Made by a program: the position numbers and the translations under genes. Under the pieces are notes generated by a model. The model was not told the DNA's origin, did no database searches, and saw only the letters and a program-made list of their open reading frames with translations. Below, piece after piece: positions 36,162 through 49,800 of a stretch of DNA of 64,000 nucleotides. Each line of letters opens with the position of its first letter. Position 1 is the first letter of the stretch. This stretch comes from Marsupella aquatica (Eukaryota > Plantae > Marchantiophyta), in the NCBI GenBank assembly GCA_973895155.1, contig OZ316891.1, forward strand, positions 24,613,899-24,677,898, in the 5' to 3' direction.

Positions 36162-36382
36162 TGTCACGTCGTCAGCCTTGGCCTTACTCCGGGCTTCGGC
36201 TTAAATAGGGACATACTTTGTCAAAATGAGGGTTCGGGCAGGGAGGGAGGCACGGAATGCACCCAACTTACATAAAATAGCGCTAAGTGCGCATATTGTC
36301 ATATACAAACACCTCCTAGGTATGATTTGTGTTCCGCCACCAGAACGTACCTCAATCAATAGCAGGATTGACCCTGGCTTAA

Positions 36383-36538
36383 ACCACCACTGTCCATATA
36401 AAAGGAGAAGTGTCCAAGACTTCTCACTTTTTCACAATTGTCTCCTCTAGGGTGAGACTTTGCTCCACAATTTCAGGAAAATGGTTCTAAAAATGGTGAA
36501 ACCTGGTGGATCCAGGTTTTGTCATGGACAATGGGGAT
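36383..36538. mobile_element. 156-bp MITE inserted at a TTAA site in the family B LTR
   Basis: Absent from the solo copy. TTAA on both sides. Imperfect TIR ACCACCACTGTCCAT / ATGGACAATGGGGAT. Confidence 0.8.
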
Positions 36539-37219
36539 TTAAGGGCTTCTAAGCCTTTGTATTGTCCGCCTTTGATCCGGATTTTGGTGGTATGGGTGCT
36601 CAACCCGGGCTTGCAACCACGTATACGCAAGCTGCACCCCGTGCACTACTTGGGTAGTGCATTCGGCCAAGCGTTGGCGCCTATACACGAGATTCACACA
36701 CATACATACGCACAAGCATAAAATCTCAATTTATACGAAGGAAATAACGGGCAGGGATTTTACTCCATAAGAGACATATGCGTACACTTAGTTGACCCGA
36801 ATGCTCCGGAGTGAACAGGTCCAAGGCCAAGGGTGTACATTACAACGGAGCCCGGCTCCGCACTCGCCCAACGAGCTTAGTCTTACATCCTCCCCTTGGT
36901 ACTCTTCCACTCCCAGAGGTCGGGACTCCCCGCACATACCGCAGATGTCCAATACTGAGACTAAAAACCCCCTGCCTCTACCGAGGGCTGCACTAAATAC
37001 TAAGGGCCGAGGAATGGAGTGTCCTCCCGCCCGAAGATTTGCTGACTTAGGTCCTAACTAATCTGACTGTCAGGCCAAAAAATGGCTGTGTCTTATTAGA
37101 AGATCCTAACCTACGCAGGCTGGACAGCATGGCGGTGCTGCTCTAACTAGGGCAGGTTCCTATCCCCATGGCCTGATTTAGCTATTCCTAACTCTATTCT
37201 GTTCCTACTCCGCCGCTAA

Positions 37220-39811
37220 TGCCTGGCACGCTTGCCAGAGCCGCCCGAGTGGGAGCATCCATCCCGTTGCTTACGTAGTCTGTTGTTGTCCGCCTTAAGG
37301 AGCTGGACCTGGTCCAACAGAGATTCGTTCTCTCGCTTTGCCGCGTCCGTCTCCTCTGCTGCCTCCTGGCATGCCTCCTCCAGCTACTGGGCGTCGCTCG
37401 TCAGCTTGCCCGCCAGCTGGCCCTATTTCTCGGCTTCGGTTTGGAGCCGCGCCACTTTGGCCTGTAGCGTGGCTATCTCCGCAGTGTCCATCTGGGCCCA
37501 TTCTTCGGCCTCCTCCAGGTCTTTCTGCCGGATGACAGTTTGATTCTTCAAACTGTCAATCTGGTTCCGGAGTTGTGCAATCTCGGCCTCGTTCCCAGCT
37601 TTGGCCTGTTCGGCTAGGGTGATAAGGGCGTGCGCCTTCGCTAACAACTCATCGGCGGCTGCAAATTTGGGTCATAGTTGCAGAAGCTCAGCCTCTTGAG
37701 CCGCAACTTTGTTCTTTAAGTATACGGACTCCACCCGGTACCACTCGATCCTCTGAAGGGCCTCTGATTGGGCCCAACCTGCCTTTACTGCGGCAACCAA
37801 CTCCTGATTGAAGAAACAGACTACCTTCCGAGCCATGAACTCCCCGATATCCCGAGCAATTTGATGAGAGAAATCTCCTAGAAGCCCGTTAGAAATGTAC
37901 CCGGTACAAAGAGTTCCGGGTGGTCCAGGTTGTGCTTGTCTAGAGTTGGGCACGGGCAGTGACATCCAGCCCTGGGGACGTAGTGTTGGAAGGGGTTGGA
38001 GTGTCCTCCTGCAGCAATGTCCGGTTTTCCGGAATAGCCACCGGTGGGTCTTTGGGAGACCCGGGCTTGAGTAAGGCCTCCGCTGTACCGATTTCTGTAC
38101 TTGGCTCGGCCTGTTGGATTGCATCTACGGTTGCGATTACCAACCCATCCAATACCTCCTCGGTCACGACTACAGCTACTTGTGGAGGTGGGGTGGGTGA
38201 AGCCTGCATGTCCGCTGGACTTCGGGCCTCGGGTTGGGGCCGTCTCTCCAAGGCCGGGAAAACTCACTTAGCTGGGACCAGCTTTGTAACGTTGACACGG
38301 GGAAGGGTTCGTCGATCAAACCAAGTGTACCACTCAAGAATGATCTCGATGTGGCTAGCAAAATACGCCTTCCCGCCAATGTATAGCGTCTTTCTTTGCC
38401 GCTCCATCTCTTCGTGGAATTTCTTAGCAAAGTACGATGCCCACTTCCTAGGTCGATAGTTCTCGACGTGGATAACCTGGGCAGCGGAGATCTCCCCCCG
38501 GGGTTCCATCAGGTGGAGGGCGTACCTTTGGAACTCCAATCGCTCAGCTATCTTGGGAATGAGACAGGTCCTCATCACGAACCCGTTGTCCACTGCTCCC
38601 TTTGAGAGAAAACTCGAGGATTGGTACTTGGCTCCCTTGCCCCCGGGAGCCCGTGATTTGACTCGATGGTCACCTTCGGGTAACCCAAAGATCATCTTGA
38701 GCCGTTCTTCCGTGAGGGACATATTTCTTCCCCGCAGCCGAGTAAGTTGACGTGCGTCATCATAATTCTTGACAAATTCCGTCATGTCCTCCCCATAGTA
38801 CCTGCAAGTGTTCCAGGGGAGAGAGGCGAGGTGCTCGAATCCCTGAGTCTTCAGGTACACCGCATGTTTGGGATGGAGGATATTTTTATGCACGTTTTCC
38901 CCCATGCGATGCATCATCACCTTGGCCGCGGCTACCGTGGCCAATGGTAACCTGGATACAGCGGTGGGTTCCTTCCTCTTCTTCCCTCGTGACTGGCTCG
39001 GGGAGGGTGACACCTCCCCATCCTCTTGATTGGGCATAGGTAGTGCTACCGCCGTTAGTATTGGGCCCGGGGCGGCCACGGTCACCGTGTTGTCTGCTGG
39101 AGCCGCTCCTTGGGTCCGAGCATGGGGAGGGGACAATGTAGTGTCGGCCCCCTGAGTGTTTGCTCCTCTGGGCCGCCTGAGCAAGGATGGGGTAGCCTCG
39201 TCGTCGTTGCTAAGGTCCACAGCATTGATGACGGAGTGTACTTGTACTGGCGGGGCGGTCGACAGTGGGGGTTGGCTAGGCTGAAGCTGAGCTTGAGTCT
39301 GCATTGGTGCGAGTATGGGTATGGGGTCGACTGGGCCGGCGCCGGCGGTTGAGGGTCTAGTTCCCATGAAGCTCTACAGGTGCTGGTAGAAGTTCTTCGA
39401 AGCAAGTGCAGACGGCCTTGTCGAACGGGTAGTGCTGGACTCACTGTTGATGATAGCCCAAACCTGAGCAGGGATGTGGTCGAAGTGATGTCGTTGCAAG
39501 TCGATCGTGCCCAGGATATTGAAGACCTTGTCCGGAAGCCAAAGCAATGCTTCCCAAAAACCGATATATTTGCCTCCATTGAAGAAGTACCCAGATACCT
39601 CAGCTGGCGGGTAAAGCTCGCTCTGAGACGGGTAGTCAAAGTTAAGGATATAGTGGTGTCGTCCTGCTAGGCGGATGGCTCTCTCGTACTCGCGTTCAAT
39701 TTTGTATCGGCGCGGGTTGGCGTGTTTCAATGAGTCGGCCAAGTGTCTTCCGATAGATAGGAACTGCATCCAGAATCGAATGGCCAAACTGGAGAGGATT
39801 GTGTGCAACAT
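37220..39811 (-). pseudogene. Family B LTR-encoded protein (plant-transposon-type domain plus coiled coil), frameshifted
   Basis: 38264-39367 LPWN...EFVKNYD...TRLRGRNMSLT..LKMIFGLPEG...NGF aligns with family A LPWL...EFVGSWE...TRIYGKDFYLT..IAEVFGLPMG...NGF. Confidence 0.75.
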
Positions 39812-41318
39812 TCAGAGGAGATAGCAGTGGCGACTAAGAGAGAACGAGAGAGTTGGGGTCAAAGCTGGCGCGTGGACTGATGGACTGGTGCACTACAAAG
39901 GGTCAGCTCCCTTTTTATACCCTGAGGGCTTGTCGATCACCCAACGTCTCCTTGTTGCCCATAGGATGAACCGTTCACGCTTGTAGTGTACTGGCCACTC
40001 CGCCGGTCTGAGTCAGCGCATGTTAGTGGCCGCTTCCCTAAGTTTGTTATACGGACCCGAGGAAGGGGCCCCTCCACGCTTGCAACCCGGGCGTGCGAAT
40101 GGCGACACGCCGCCAGTCCAAACATGAATTCCCCTTATTGACTAATGATTTCTTACTTCATAATGGTTACCTAAATACTATTGTTATGCTAATAAGAGCA
40201 GCCTAAGATACCCCTAACACGCGTGCTAAGCGCGGTCCAGACTGAATTACTGATTACTCGCCGTACCGGCAGCGTCACACGGGCTCCTCGGCCTCAAGTC
40301 ACACTTTGTGAGTGCCTCTTGCTCCTCCCTAACCTCTCTATTCCTTTCAGAGTTGTGCAATGCAAGTGAATGACATCCCCGAATGTTCTTGCTGTTGTGC
40401 ATGCTTGCTTGGTTACTAGTTTAGGGCAACTCTGACACTTAGAATTTTTGGCAAATTTTTAAAAACTCTCGGGAACACAGTTTGCGAAGGTGTTGCGATG
40501 CGCATTTGTTCGCAAACCCCTCGCAAAGTCTATCATGGACTTTTTCCATTTCAATTTTCCGATGCCTTTGCGAACAAATGCGCATCGCAAACTCCATCGC
40601 AACGCCTTTGCAAAAAAATGGTTTGCAAGTTGCCATGCTTATAGGTTCGCAAATTTGAATTTTAAATTTTTTTTGGGTCGTGTTTAGTAGTTGAGGATTT
40701 AGGCGTCACTTGTGGCTATAGGGTATGCTTAAGGGCAAATTTAACCAATTTTAATTGGTTTTATGCATGGCAGTATCGGAGGTACAAAAGGAAGATATCA
40801 AAAAAGCATATTGAGGTGGCAATAGAGCATGGACGAAAGTAGCTCTTTGCGATGGTAGATGCCGAGTTGGCTACTGTAAGTGTCTAAGTGTGAACCATAT
40901 GATTAGCATGCAAACATTGTGAGTGACCCTTTATGTCTTGCGGAAACTAATGATATGTAATGGATGCAGGATTTGGATGAGCCTGAGGGGTCGGGTGCTG
41001 ATGTGAGCAGTAGTGATGATGATGAGGGGGCTACTCCTGGTACTAGTGGTGCTCGGGGGGGGGAGTAGTCGTGAGGTAGGTTCTTCCCACCGTGGTAGTG
41101 GTGGTAGTCGTGTGTCATCAGCACACGTTGATGACCAGGGGGAGGAGGAGGACCCTGAGGATGAGGAGGAGGAGTAGGAGGGGCAGGAGGAGCCAGAGGA
41201 GCAGGAGCGCCAATGGCCATCACGCACCCGTCACCAATAGGATCCCCGGAAGGATAAGGGCAAGAAGCCAGCCAAAAAGCCAACCAAGAGGAGCCGCAAG
41301 AGCCCATTCTAGTTATTT

Positions 41319-41766
41319 TGTAGAGATACATGCATGAGAGTGACTTGTCATGCCGGTGTTGAGCATAGACGATATTCACAACGGCAAGCCCATGAACCAT
41401 CCAACGCACAATAGTCGACACAGAGAGATACGTGGTTCACCTCCACATGAGGCTACATCCACGGGAACACACCAGAGCTTTACTGCACTCTAGGCCGACC
41501 GGCCATACCAAGCATCCACAGCACAAGCTCTCCCTATCTCTCAACTAGCTCCGAAACAATGAGCCTAAGTTCCACCAGGGTCTGGCATCAGCCCTGGCTA
41601 TATGCACAACAGCACTACCGCTAACCTTAGCTAGGTCCTAACTTGAGTTAGCCTAACTGTGGTTAGCACAAGAGTCACGAGACTAGAGCAATATCTAACA
41701 AATCTCTTGTCTTGGGGACTAGACTAAATGCTACCATATGGAATCCTCAGCGGGAAGTTCTAGACA
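41319..41766 (-). mobile_element. Putative 3' LTR of the copia element
   Basis: TG...CA bounded segment downstream of pol, with an AGGGGGAG purine tract nearby (about 41782-41789). Boundaries tentative. Confidence 0.45.
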
Positions 41767-41897
41767 ATCACCAAACCAGGTCTCCCCCTAAAAACCACAA
41801 GGGTTAACTAAGGGTTAACTAGAACTAAGCCGTAGCCAAACAGGAATGAGTAATCCATATACAAATAGTCACACATTGTTAAATAACTCTACTTGCA

Positions 41898-44446
41898 CTA
41901 TAACTGCAAAACCTGCAAAGTAGCACGATGTCTTGAGAAACTCTCCAAAGGAATCACTTTGGTAAAGGCATCAGCGAGATTAAGCTTTCCATCAATCTTG
42001 ACTAGCTCAAAAGTTTTATCAGACACTGCTTGCCTGATAAAATGGTACCTGATATCAATGTGCTTCACCCTGCTATCCATCACCTGGTTAGCAGCCAAGT
42101 GAAGAGCACTATGACTATCATAGTTTAGAGTCATTTTACCATGCTCTAAACCCATCTTCGCGATCAACTTATCCAACCAAATTGCTTCCTTTGCTGCTTC
42201 TGCTGCTGCAACATACTCTGCTTCTGTAGTAGACTGAGATATGCACTTCTGCAAGGTAGATTTCCAACTGATACATCCTCCTCCAAGAGTGTATACAAAC
42301 CCAATTGTAGACCTCCTTGTATCCAGACAGCCTCCATAGTCAGAATCTACATAGCCAACTATCGTTCTATCTGATCTGTTATCAAATAGTAATCCATAGT
42401 CCTGTGTTCCCCTCATATACCTAAGAATCCATTTCACAGCTTCCCAATGTACCTTCCTTGGATTTGACATGAATCTGCTGACCTTGCCCATCGCTAGGGC
42501 CAAGTTAGGCCTAGTACAAGTCATCAAATACATCAGACTGCCTACTGCCTTCTCATAAGGAATTTTAGCCATCAGACCTTTCTCCACAGCATCCGTAGGA
42601 GAGAAAGCCGATGATAATTTGAAATGTGAAGCTAAAGGAATACTCACTGGCTTACAGTTCTCCATGTTGAATCGTGCAAGTACTTTCCTCGCATACTGGC
42701 CTTGACTCAAGCACAACTGTCCAGTCTCAGAGTTCCTAAAAATCTCCATCCCTAAGATCCTCTTGGCCTTACCAAGATCCTTCATCCTAAATTCAGCACT
42801 CAATTTCGCCTTGAGACTGTCAACCTCAGATTGATCTTTAGCCACAATCAACATGTCATCCACATAGATCACCAGAATGATGAAACCAAATACATCATTC
42901 TTGACTGATTTTGTATATACACAAGGATCATACACCATCCTTGTAAAACCTTGAGCAAGCATGAAATCATCAAACCGCTTGTTCCACTGTCTGGGAGACT
43001 GCTTCAATCCATATAAGGACTTGAGCAATCTACAAACTAAGTTCTCTTGGCCCTTCTTCATAAAGCCTAGTGGTTGTCTCATGAAGATCATCTCTTCCAA
43101 GTTGCCATAGAGAAAAGCAGTAACAACATCCATCTGATCCATCACCAGACCAAAAAACACAACAAGCTGACACAAGATCCGAATTGTGGAATACTTAGCA
43201 ACCGGTGAAAAGACCTCATTGTAATCCACTCCTTTCTCCTGAGTGAATCCCTTGGCAACAAGCCTTGCCTTGTAGATCTTGTCTCCACCCTCTGAAGGAC
43301 TATCCTTCAACTTGTAAATCCACTTGCTGTCCACTACTTGCTGACCTCTTGGAAGCTCCACCAGCTCCCATGTCTTGTTGTCACTCAAAGATTGCAACTC
43401 CCTCTGCATTGCTGCATTCCACTCATGCTTCTGCTCTGAAGCACAAGCCTCACTATACGAAGAAGGCTCTCCTTCTTCCAAGATCAAAGCCATATCATCT
43501 TCATCAGGTGCAATGTCAATATCATCTAGCTTAGATGAGTCTGCCCATTGACCATACCTGGTAGGAGCTCTAGTAGAACGACTGGAAGTTCTTCTAGTAG
43601 ATGACTCAGGCTGATCTGCTGTTGCTGTTGGTTGAATTTGAGGTACCCCAGCAACAATCTGCTCCTCTTGTTCCATCACAGGAACCAGCTCCAAGCCCGG
43701 AGCGTCTCCATCTCTCCTGTCATGAACATCATCATGACTAATCTCCCCCTCAACCTCGTCCGGAATGGGAGATTTCCCCTTGTCAGTATGGGAGTCCTGA
43801 GAACTCTCCCCCTCCTTTGATGATCTAGATTCATTAAAGGACACATCTCTACTGACAATTAGCTTACAGGTTACTGGATCCCATAACCTATAACCCTTCA
43901 CACCTTTCTGATAACCAAGGAAAATGCACTTCTTTGACTTGGACTCCAGCTTGGATCAAAGCTGGGAAGGTGTAAGCACATAAGCATTCACATCCAAAAA
44001 ATTTCAGATGTGAGTAATCTGTTGGACGCCCGTACCTCATTTCAAATGGCGTCTTGAATCCAATAGAACTGGATGGAGAAAAATTTACCAAAGAAGCTGC
44101 AGTGTTGACAACTTCAGCCCAAAACTCATGTGGTAAGCATGATTGACTCAACATACTCCTCGAGCGGTCCAATAGTGTTCGGTTAAGTCTCTCAGAAACA
44201 CCATTCTACTGAGGAGTATAACTTGTTGTGAGATGGCGGGTAATCCCCTGCTCCTTACAATACGTTCCAAATTCCCCGAAATTGTATTCACCATCGTTAT
44301 CCGATCGAAGATATCTCACCTTATTACTAGTCTGATTCTCAACTTGGGCTTTCCACTCCTTAAAAGTGACAAAAACATCAGACTTATTGTGTAGAAAGTA
44401 TATCCACACATACCTTGAGTAATCGTCTATGAACGTGACATAGTAT
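41898..44446 (-). pseudogene. pol: Ty1/copia pol (integrase core - RT - RNase H), 5'-truncated by a DNA transposon insertion
   Basis: YYVTFIDDYSR, LRSDNDGEY, KARLVAKGF, QMDVVTAFL, SLYGLKQSPRQW, YVDDMLI, GYVDSDY, KHIDIRYHFIR, in IN-RT-RH order. Confidence 0.95.
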
Positions 44447-45078
44447 AGGGGTCGTGTACTTCATCAGTTATCAATGAGTTTCATCAGTGACTGATATCAG
44501 TCCAACACCGGAACTCAGCGAATTAGCTGAGATCAATTCTTCTGGGGCACAACCCAATCCACAACCCAATCGCAGTCCGCGCCATTGTCGGCGCCTCTTT
44601 GAGGTTGGATCGGGTACTTTACTTTGACCATTTCTTATGTCAACTGCCTCTCTGACATTAAAGGAGAATATAAAGTTTCAATCTTGGCGGCCTCTCTGAG
44701 ATTTCCTCGAAGTTCAGTTGAATCTCAGCGAGCCCTGCCGAGATTCAACTGAAATTTGAGGAAAAAAAACTTCTCACACAGGGTCTTCGATATATCATGG
44801 GGTGTCGCTACTAAATCTCAAATAGGATCCATACAACACATCGTACAACAGAGTCCATACAACACGTCCCTTTCAAAGACTCATCTCAAAGACCCTCACC
44901 GACTTATCCAAGAGAGCTCGACATGACATTGAAAAACAACACGGGGTCCAGCGTAGAAAGTACAGGACAAGAACATAACCTTTGGAGGAAATTTTTATTT
45001 TACTTTGTATACAACATGTTGCTCTGTTGTGAAATATTCACAAATTGAATTCACAAAGGCAATCCATCAATCCTCTAT

Positions 45079-45903
45079 CTACAAACTGATCATCTGGCAG
45101 ATTAGGTCTACAATAATCTTTTGTCGTATAAGCAGTACATGTTTAGGGTCAACCGCCAATACAGAGTCGCTAGAAAGACGCTCCATGTACATTATGACAT
45201 ATACTCCACAATTGTAACTATCGGGTTGGGCTGGAATAACGTTGCGGACGATGCGTTGCCATTGTAATGACGATAAGTGGGGACAACTGCGCAAGCGGGA
45301 CAGGTCATGGAGAAACCGACCAAAATTCACCAAATCGTCGCATTCCGATGCTTCGCCTCCAATGGGATCGAGCAAATGTAGTTGCTGCAAAGTAAAATCG
45401 ACCACAGCTAGTACCCAATGTTTTGGCCTGTGGATGGGGATTAGAATGAGGTCGAATGAAAAGACTTCAATGCCCTTCACAAATGCCAACGCTGCGTTGA
45501 AGCTGTATGCAAGATGCGTCAAGACATTGTAAAAATGTGTGGGCAAAAGCATGCATTTGGGTTTTGCAATGACCTCTGCTCTACGCTCCAATAGAGGAAT
45601 GTAAGCATTGATGATGTCACAAGTGAGCCATTTTTTTGCCCTCAAGCATTTGAAATCTTTTCTCCTCAATTTTAAGTCGCCGAGGCTGACTAGGACTTCA
45701 TCTTGGTCCCTGATGGAGTCCAATGCTTCTTTGACTATGGTCGCAAGTATGGCGGGTTGATGTTGTTGTGCAGGCACCCCCTGATTCGGTCGTTGGTGTA
45801 TAGGCACCCCCTGATTGACTCCTTGTTGGGCAGTCACTACCTCGTCGACTGGTTGTTGTGGCTCAGTTTGCTTCTGAGCTGCAATGAAGGTTAATTCACC
45901 CAA
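45079..45903 (-). CDS. ULP1-like (peptidase C48) SUMO protease domain
   Basis: WLTCDIINAY, LILIPIHRPKHWVLAVVD, LLDP and QPDSYNCGVY; His/Asp/Gln/Cys catalytic residues present. Confidence 0.88.
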   Translation of the reverse strand: MGELTFIAAQKQTEPQQPVDEVVTAQQGVNQGVPIHQRPNQGVPAQQHQPAILATIVKEALDSIRDQDEVLVSLGDLKLRRKDFKCLRAKKWLTCDIINAYIPLLERRAEVIAKPKCMLLPTHFYNVLTHLAYSFNAALAFVKGIEVFSFDLILIPIHRPKHWVLAVVDFTLQQLHLLDPIGGEASECDDLVNFGRFLHDLSRLRSCPHLSSLQWQRIVRNVIPAQPDSYNCGVYVIMYMERLSSDSVLAVDPKHVLLIRQKIIVDLICQMISL

Positions 45904-46439
45904 AAATTACTCTTCGGAATTGGAGCTTGACAAACTTATGCTTGCATGGTGAGTTTGGGGACTATCACTATCACTTCCTACCGAGCTACTCTCATCCGAT
46001 TCAGCCTCTTCTGCCCTATCATCGACAAATTTGAGAGTCTTCCTTGTTCTCTCTTTCACAAAATGAGCAACTCTTTCTTCATGATATGTATCAGCGTAGC
46101 ACGGTAGGCTTGACTTATCCGGAGAGAATAATGTTGAAGCTTCCTCCCAAGCGAGCTTCACAAGTCGTCTGTCCTGTGTGTCCCATTCCTCGGTTGCCGA
46201 CTTGGTGGTCCTGTCGGGAACTGCTACTAAGTTATACTTAAATCAAATCATGTATTGCGCCGAAATAGACGGATCACAAGAACAAATTTGAGGCAAGTGA
46301 GCCCATGTGGACACCCCAGATAATCCATTGAGTTGCCTTTCGAGATAGATCTCAGAGAGGCTAGCCAAGATGTATTTTTGTCCCTCCAGACGCATCTAAG
46401 GCCCTACGTGGACTTGCCAGTAGAAGTTGACGTGGCCAG

Positions 46440-46810
46440 GCCACCTGGGATTCATCTGGGCGAGGCCCGCCGACATGCATCTCAGAGAGGCCTGCTGAGA
46501 TGGACTTGCATGGAAATCTGAATATGCTCGGGCCAGATGCGATTCCTCTCGGCGAGGCCCGCCAACATGCATCTCGGAGAGGCCAGCCGAGATGGACTTG
46601 CCTGGAAATCTGAATATGCCCGGGCCAGATGCGATTCCTCTCGGCGAGGCCCGTCGACATGCATCTCGGAGAGGCCAGCCGAGATGGACTTGCCTGGAAA
46701 TCTGAATATGCCCGGGCCAGATGCGATTCCTCTCGGTGAGGCCCGCCGACATGCATCTCGGAGAGGTCAGCCAAGATGGATTTGCCCAGATGGAGAGCCA
46801 TCTCGGATAG
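46440..46810. repeat. Tandem repeat, ~4 x 92 bp, two CTCGG(A/C)GAG...CCGA palindromes per unit
   Basis: CATGCATCTC at 46474, 46566, 46658 and 46750. Confidence 0.9.
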
Positions 46811-46841
46811 TCCGCTGAAATACTATGGGACAATATTAAAA

Positions 46842-49800
46842 TCATTGAAGGGAAACGGTAGTAAACTCACATGAAGGCTTTTTCTTCTTGCGCTTTTCTG
46901 GATTGGATTTTTGACGATCCACTGCCTCCTCTTGCTCCGTTAGAGGCACTCCAATGAACTCTGTCATCGTGTGTTCCGCATAAGATTTGAAGTACGGATA
47001 GGATTCGGTCCCAACGACCATCCGCCCACAATTCTCACCAGCCTTAAAGATAGCCCCAAAGTGTGCATTGAACATGACAACAGTTCCCCCTGGCTTAGTT
47101 GTATATTCTATTATACATTGGAGTGTAGCTAGAGACAAGGTGCCACCAAAATCATCAATGGTCTCATTCTGACCCGTTGTATAGTTAGTTAGCCCGTTCC
47201 TCAACTTCATATCAAGCTCGACACTGATTGGCTTCACGTCATCCTTTGGGCATACCTCGGCAGATGATTTAAATCCCCAAAGGTCCAGCTTGAGATATTC
47301 ACTCTGGACGTACAGAACAAAGTCAGTGATGAGTCTTTTTGAGTACAAGTCACCGAAAGAACATAAGACAAGAATGGAGTTAAATCTATAAGACTTACCC
47401 GCTTTTGAGTTGTGAAGTTGAAGGTGGGTGTGGCGTTCCAGATGAAAAAGGTGTCTTTCAGCACCCAATTGGTCTCTTCGTAATTGAGACTGTCACAAAG
47501 TACTGTGGAGTGGGCAATCGAAGCACTGTGCACTATGCCAAACAATCCCTCATCATCGAGGAAAACTCGCGCAAAATCCTCAACCCGACTGAGGTCGTCT
47601 GGCCGGAACAAATTCCACAATGGGATGTTCCCATCCACGTGCATGCGGGTGTCTGATCCCATTTGAATCAGAATCAGATTTGCACCAGACCTTGCAGGCT
47701 TCCCGTTCTTTAGCCAGCCTTCTGCAGCCAAACCACCCCGCCTAAGCTTTCTGCACCAGTCTCTAAAACGGAGTACCACAGCCGATTCTTTACTGTCATT
47801 GGCAGCGTCAAAGTAAGTTTTGAAAAGATACGGAGACCATTTAAAATAACAATGCCTGGGCGGGGAAGAAAAGTTATCGGCGCTTGAACGCCAAACTCCA
47901 ACCACCTCTGTGCCATCCGACTCTGGTTTGCCTTCAACGTCCTCTTCGTAATTTGGGCCATCCGTTGGGGCCTCATGTTGGATTGTCGTGGGCGGAACCT
48001 CTATTGGGCTGGGCGGGGGTTATGGTATGGTGCTAGGCGGGGGTTGCTCTATGGGGCTGGGCGGAATGTCTTCAAGCTCAGTGTCACGTGCTTTTGCACG
48101 GCGAGGTTTGGGCCTCGTTGTTTTGGTCTTTTTTGCAGCCTTTGTCTTTGGCCTTGAGGATAATGGCATCCGTTTTGGCGCCGGAGTATCAGACTCACGC
48201 CCCTCTTGTTCGTCTTCTCCTTCGTCCTCTACCCGTTTGTCTTCTCCTTTGTCCTCTACCCGTTCATCTTCTCCTTCGTTATCTACCCGTACGTCGTCTG
48301 AATGATCCCCTCCTTGGGTTGCGTTCTCTCCCTGGGATGCGTCATGCTCTTGTTGCTGCTCGCTTTGTTGGTCTAGAGGCTGGTCTACCATTGGCTCTGT
48401 CGAAGGCTACACGCTTTGTTGCTCCACTTGCTGGTTGCCTTGTTGTAGTGTAGCCGGCTCTATCGTTGGTTCTGCAGTTGGTTCTATAGCCGACTCTATT
48501 GTTGGCTGTGGAGCCTTCTCTATAATTGGCTTTGAAGCCACTTCTACAGCCTTGCTTTTTACAGAACCTGGTTCCTCCGGTATCTCCTTCATACCTGGAT
48601 AGATTGCAAAGCAATGGGGTTATTGATCCTAAGCTTCTCTGCGAGCCTCGCCGACATGACATCCAAACACTTGACATTATACTTCATCTGCAAAGGTCCG
48701 GACGACATTTGGCTGTTCTTCTCAACGAGCCTCGCCGAGATGAGATCCAAGGGTTCGAACGAGATGCGACTGAAACTTGTTTGTTCTTAGCGAGCCTCGC
48801 CAAGATGAGATGCAGTCTATCTCAACAACCCCAAAATTGGTTCAGTACTATGTTAGCAAACCCAGCCAAGATGTAGTTCCAAATGAAACCACTATGCAGT
48901 GCGAAAGGAATCGAGTAATACCTGATGTTTTTCTTGGACTGGTTAGCGAGTCAGACTTACTGATGTCGCTCAATGGTTCCTTCTCAACCTTCCGTTCACC
49001 TTCTTTTCTGGCCTTCTTCCTGTCATAGGCAGGGTCAGTTGGGATAAGGGTCTCCACCTCTGTTGCCTCCGTTACTGAGTCTGACAGTTGTCGCAACTTT
49101 GTTATATCGTAGTAATTACTAGGTTCCTGTGCTTCTTTGAGCAGGTCTGCACTATCCTTCTCGGCAACCTCAAGAAAATTGTTCCAATTGTCATACTCCA
49201 TGTACCATGGGCAGTTCCTCCGTTCCCAATCCGAGAATACTCTGCCATGAGGCATGCGACCATCACATGGATACATGCTAAGGCTACCTGTAGCCTCCAT
49301 CCAAGATCTAATCGCCAATGGTAGTTGTTTCAACATCGTTGCATTCATGTTCTCCTGATGTATGAGAAATCTTGTCACGCACCGCTTTGTTCGCTTAATC
49401 CACGCTTCCCGAAACGCCAATTTGGTATTCCCTTCATTCCAAATGGCACCGCCTACTTTTAAGGATTTCTCTTGCACATAAGATCGGTAAAGCTTTCTAT
49501 AAAGCTTAGCAAAATTCCTCTCGCGTTCCGCTAAAATTGCCAGGCTGGTAGGCCTTCTCAGCAAAATTGGTCAACAAGATACAACCAACGTAGTCGATGT
49601 AACACCACATTGACCACATTGCTAGCCATGATCTAACTGCTGAATCACTATTGCTACGTGGATGGTGATACCTACTCCTATCTTCCTCCATTCCAAAATG
49701 AGCCTTCAAGAGTTTTAATCTGCACTCTGCAGTTAACCAAGCCCCAGAAAACAAGCAGATCCTGTCCAATCCAACCTGCACATTCATGACACCCTGCTTG

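Larger units (their letters stand above)
36162..40279 (-). mobile_element. Full-length family B LTR (~3.96 kb plus MITE) carrying a long frameshifted ORF
   Basis: TGTGACG start at 40279 and CGTGACA end at 36162, homologous to the solo LTR. Flanks (TCCGC / CGGGC) do not form a TSD. Confidence 0.85.

Noticed and set aside
33645-40279. Family B LTR as the native 5' LTR of the adjacent pol
   Set aside because: No PBS, gag or protease between them; the LTR abuts mid-pol sequence with no TSD, implying insertion plus deletion or recombination.
40420-41318. Possible further DNA-transposon end and Gly/Pro-rich ORF
   Set aside because: No partner TIR or recognisable domain; low complexity.
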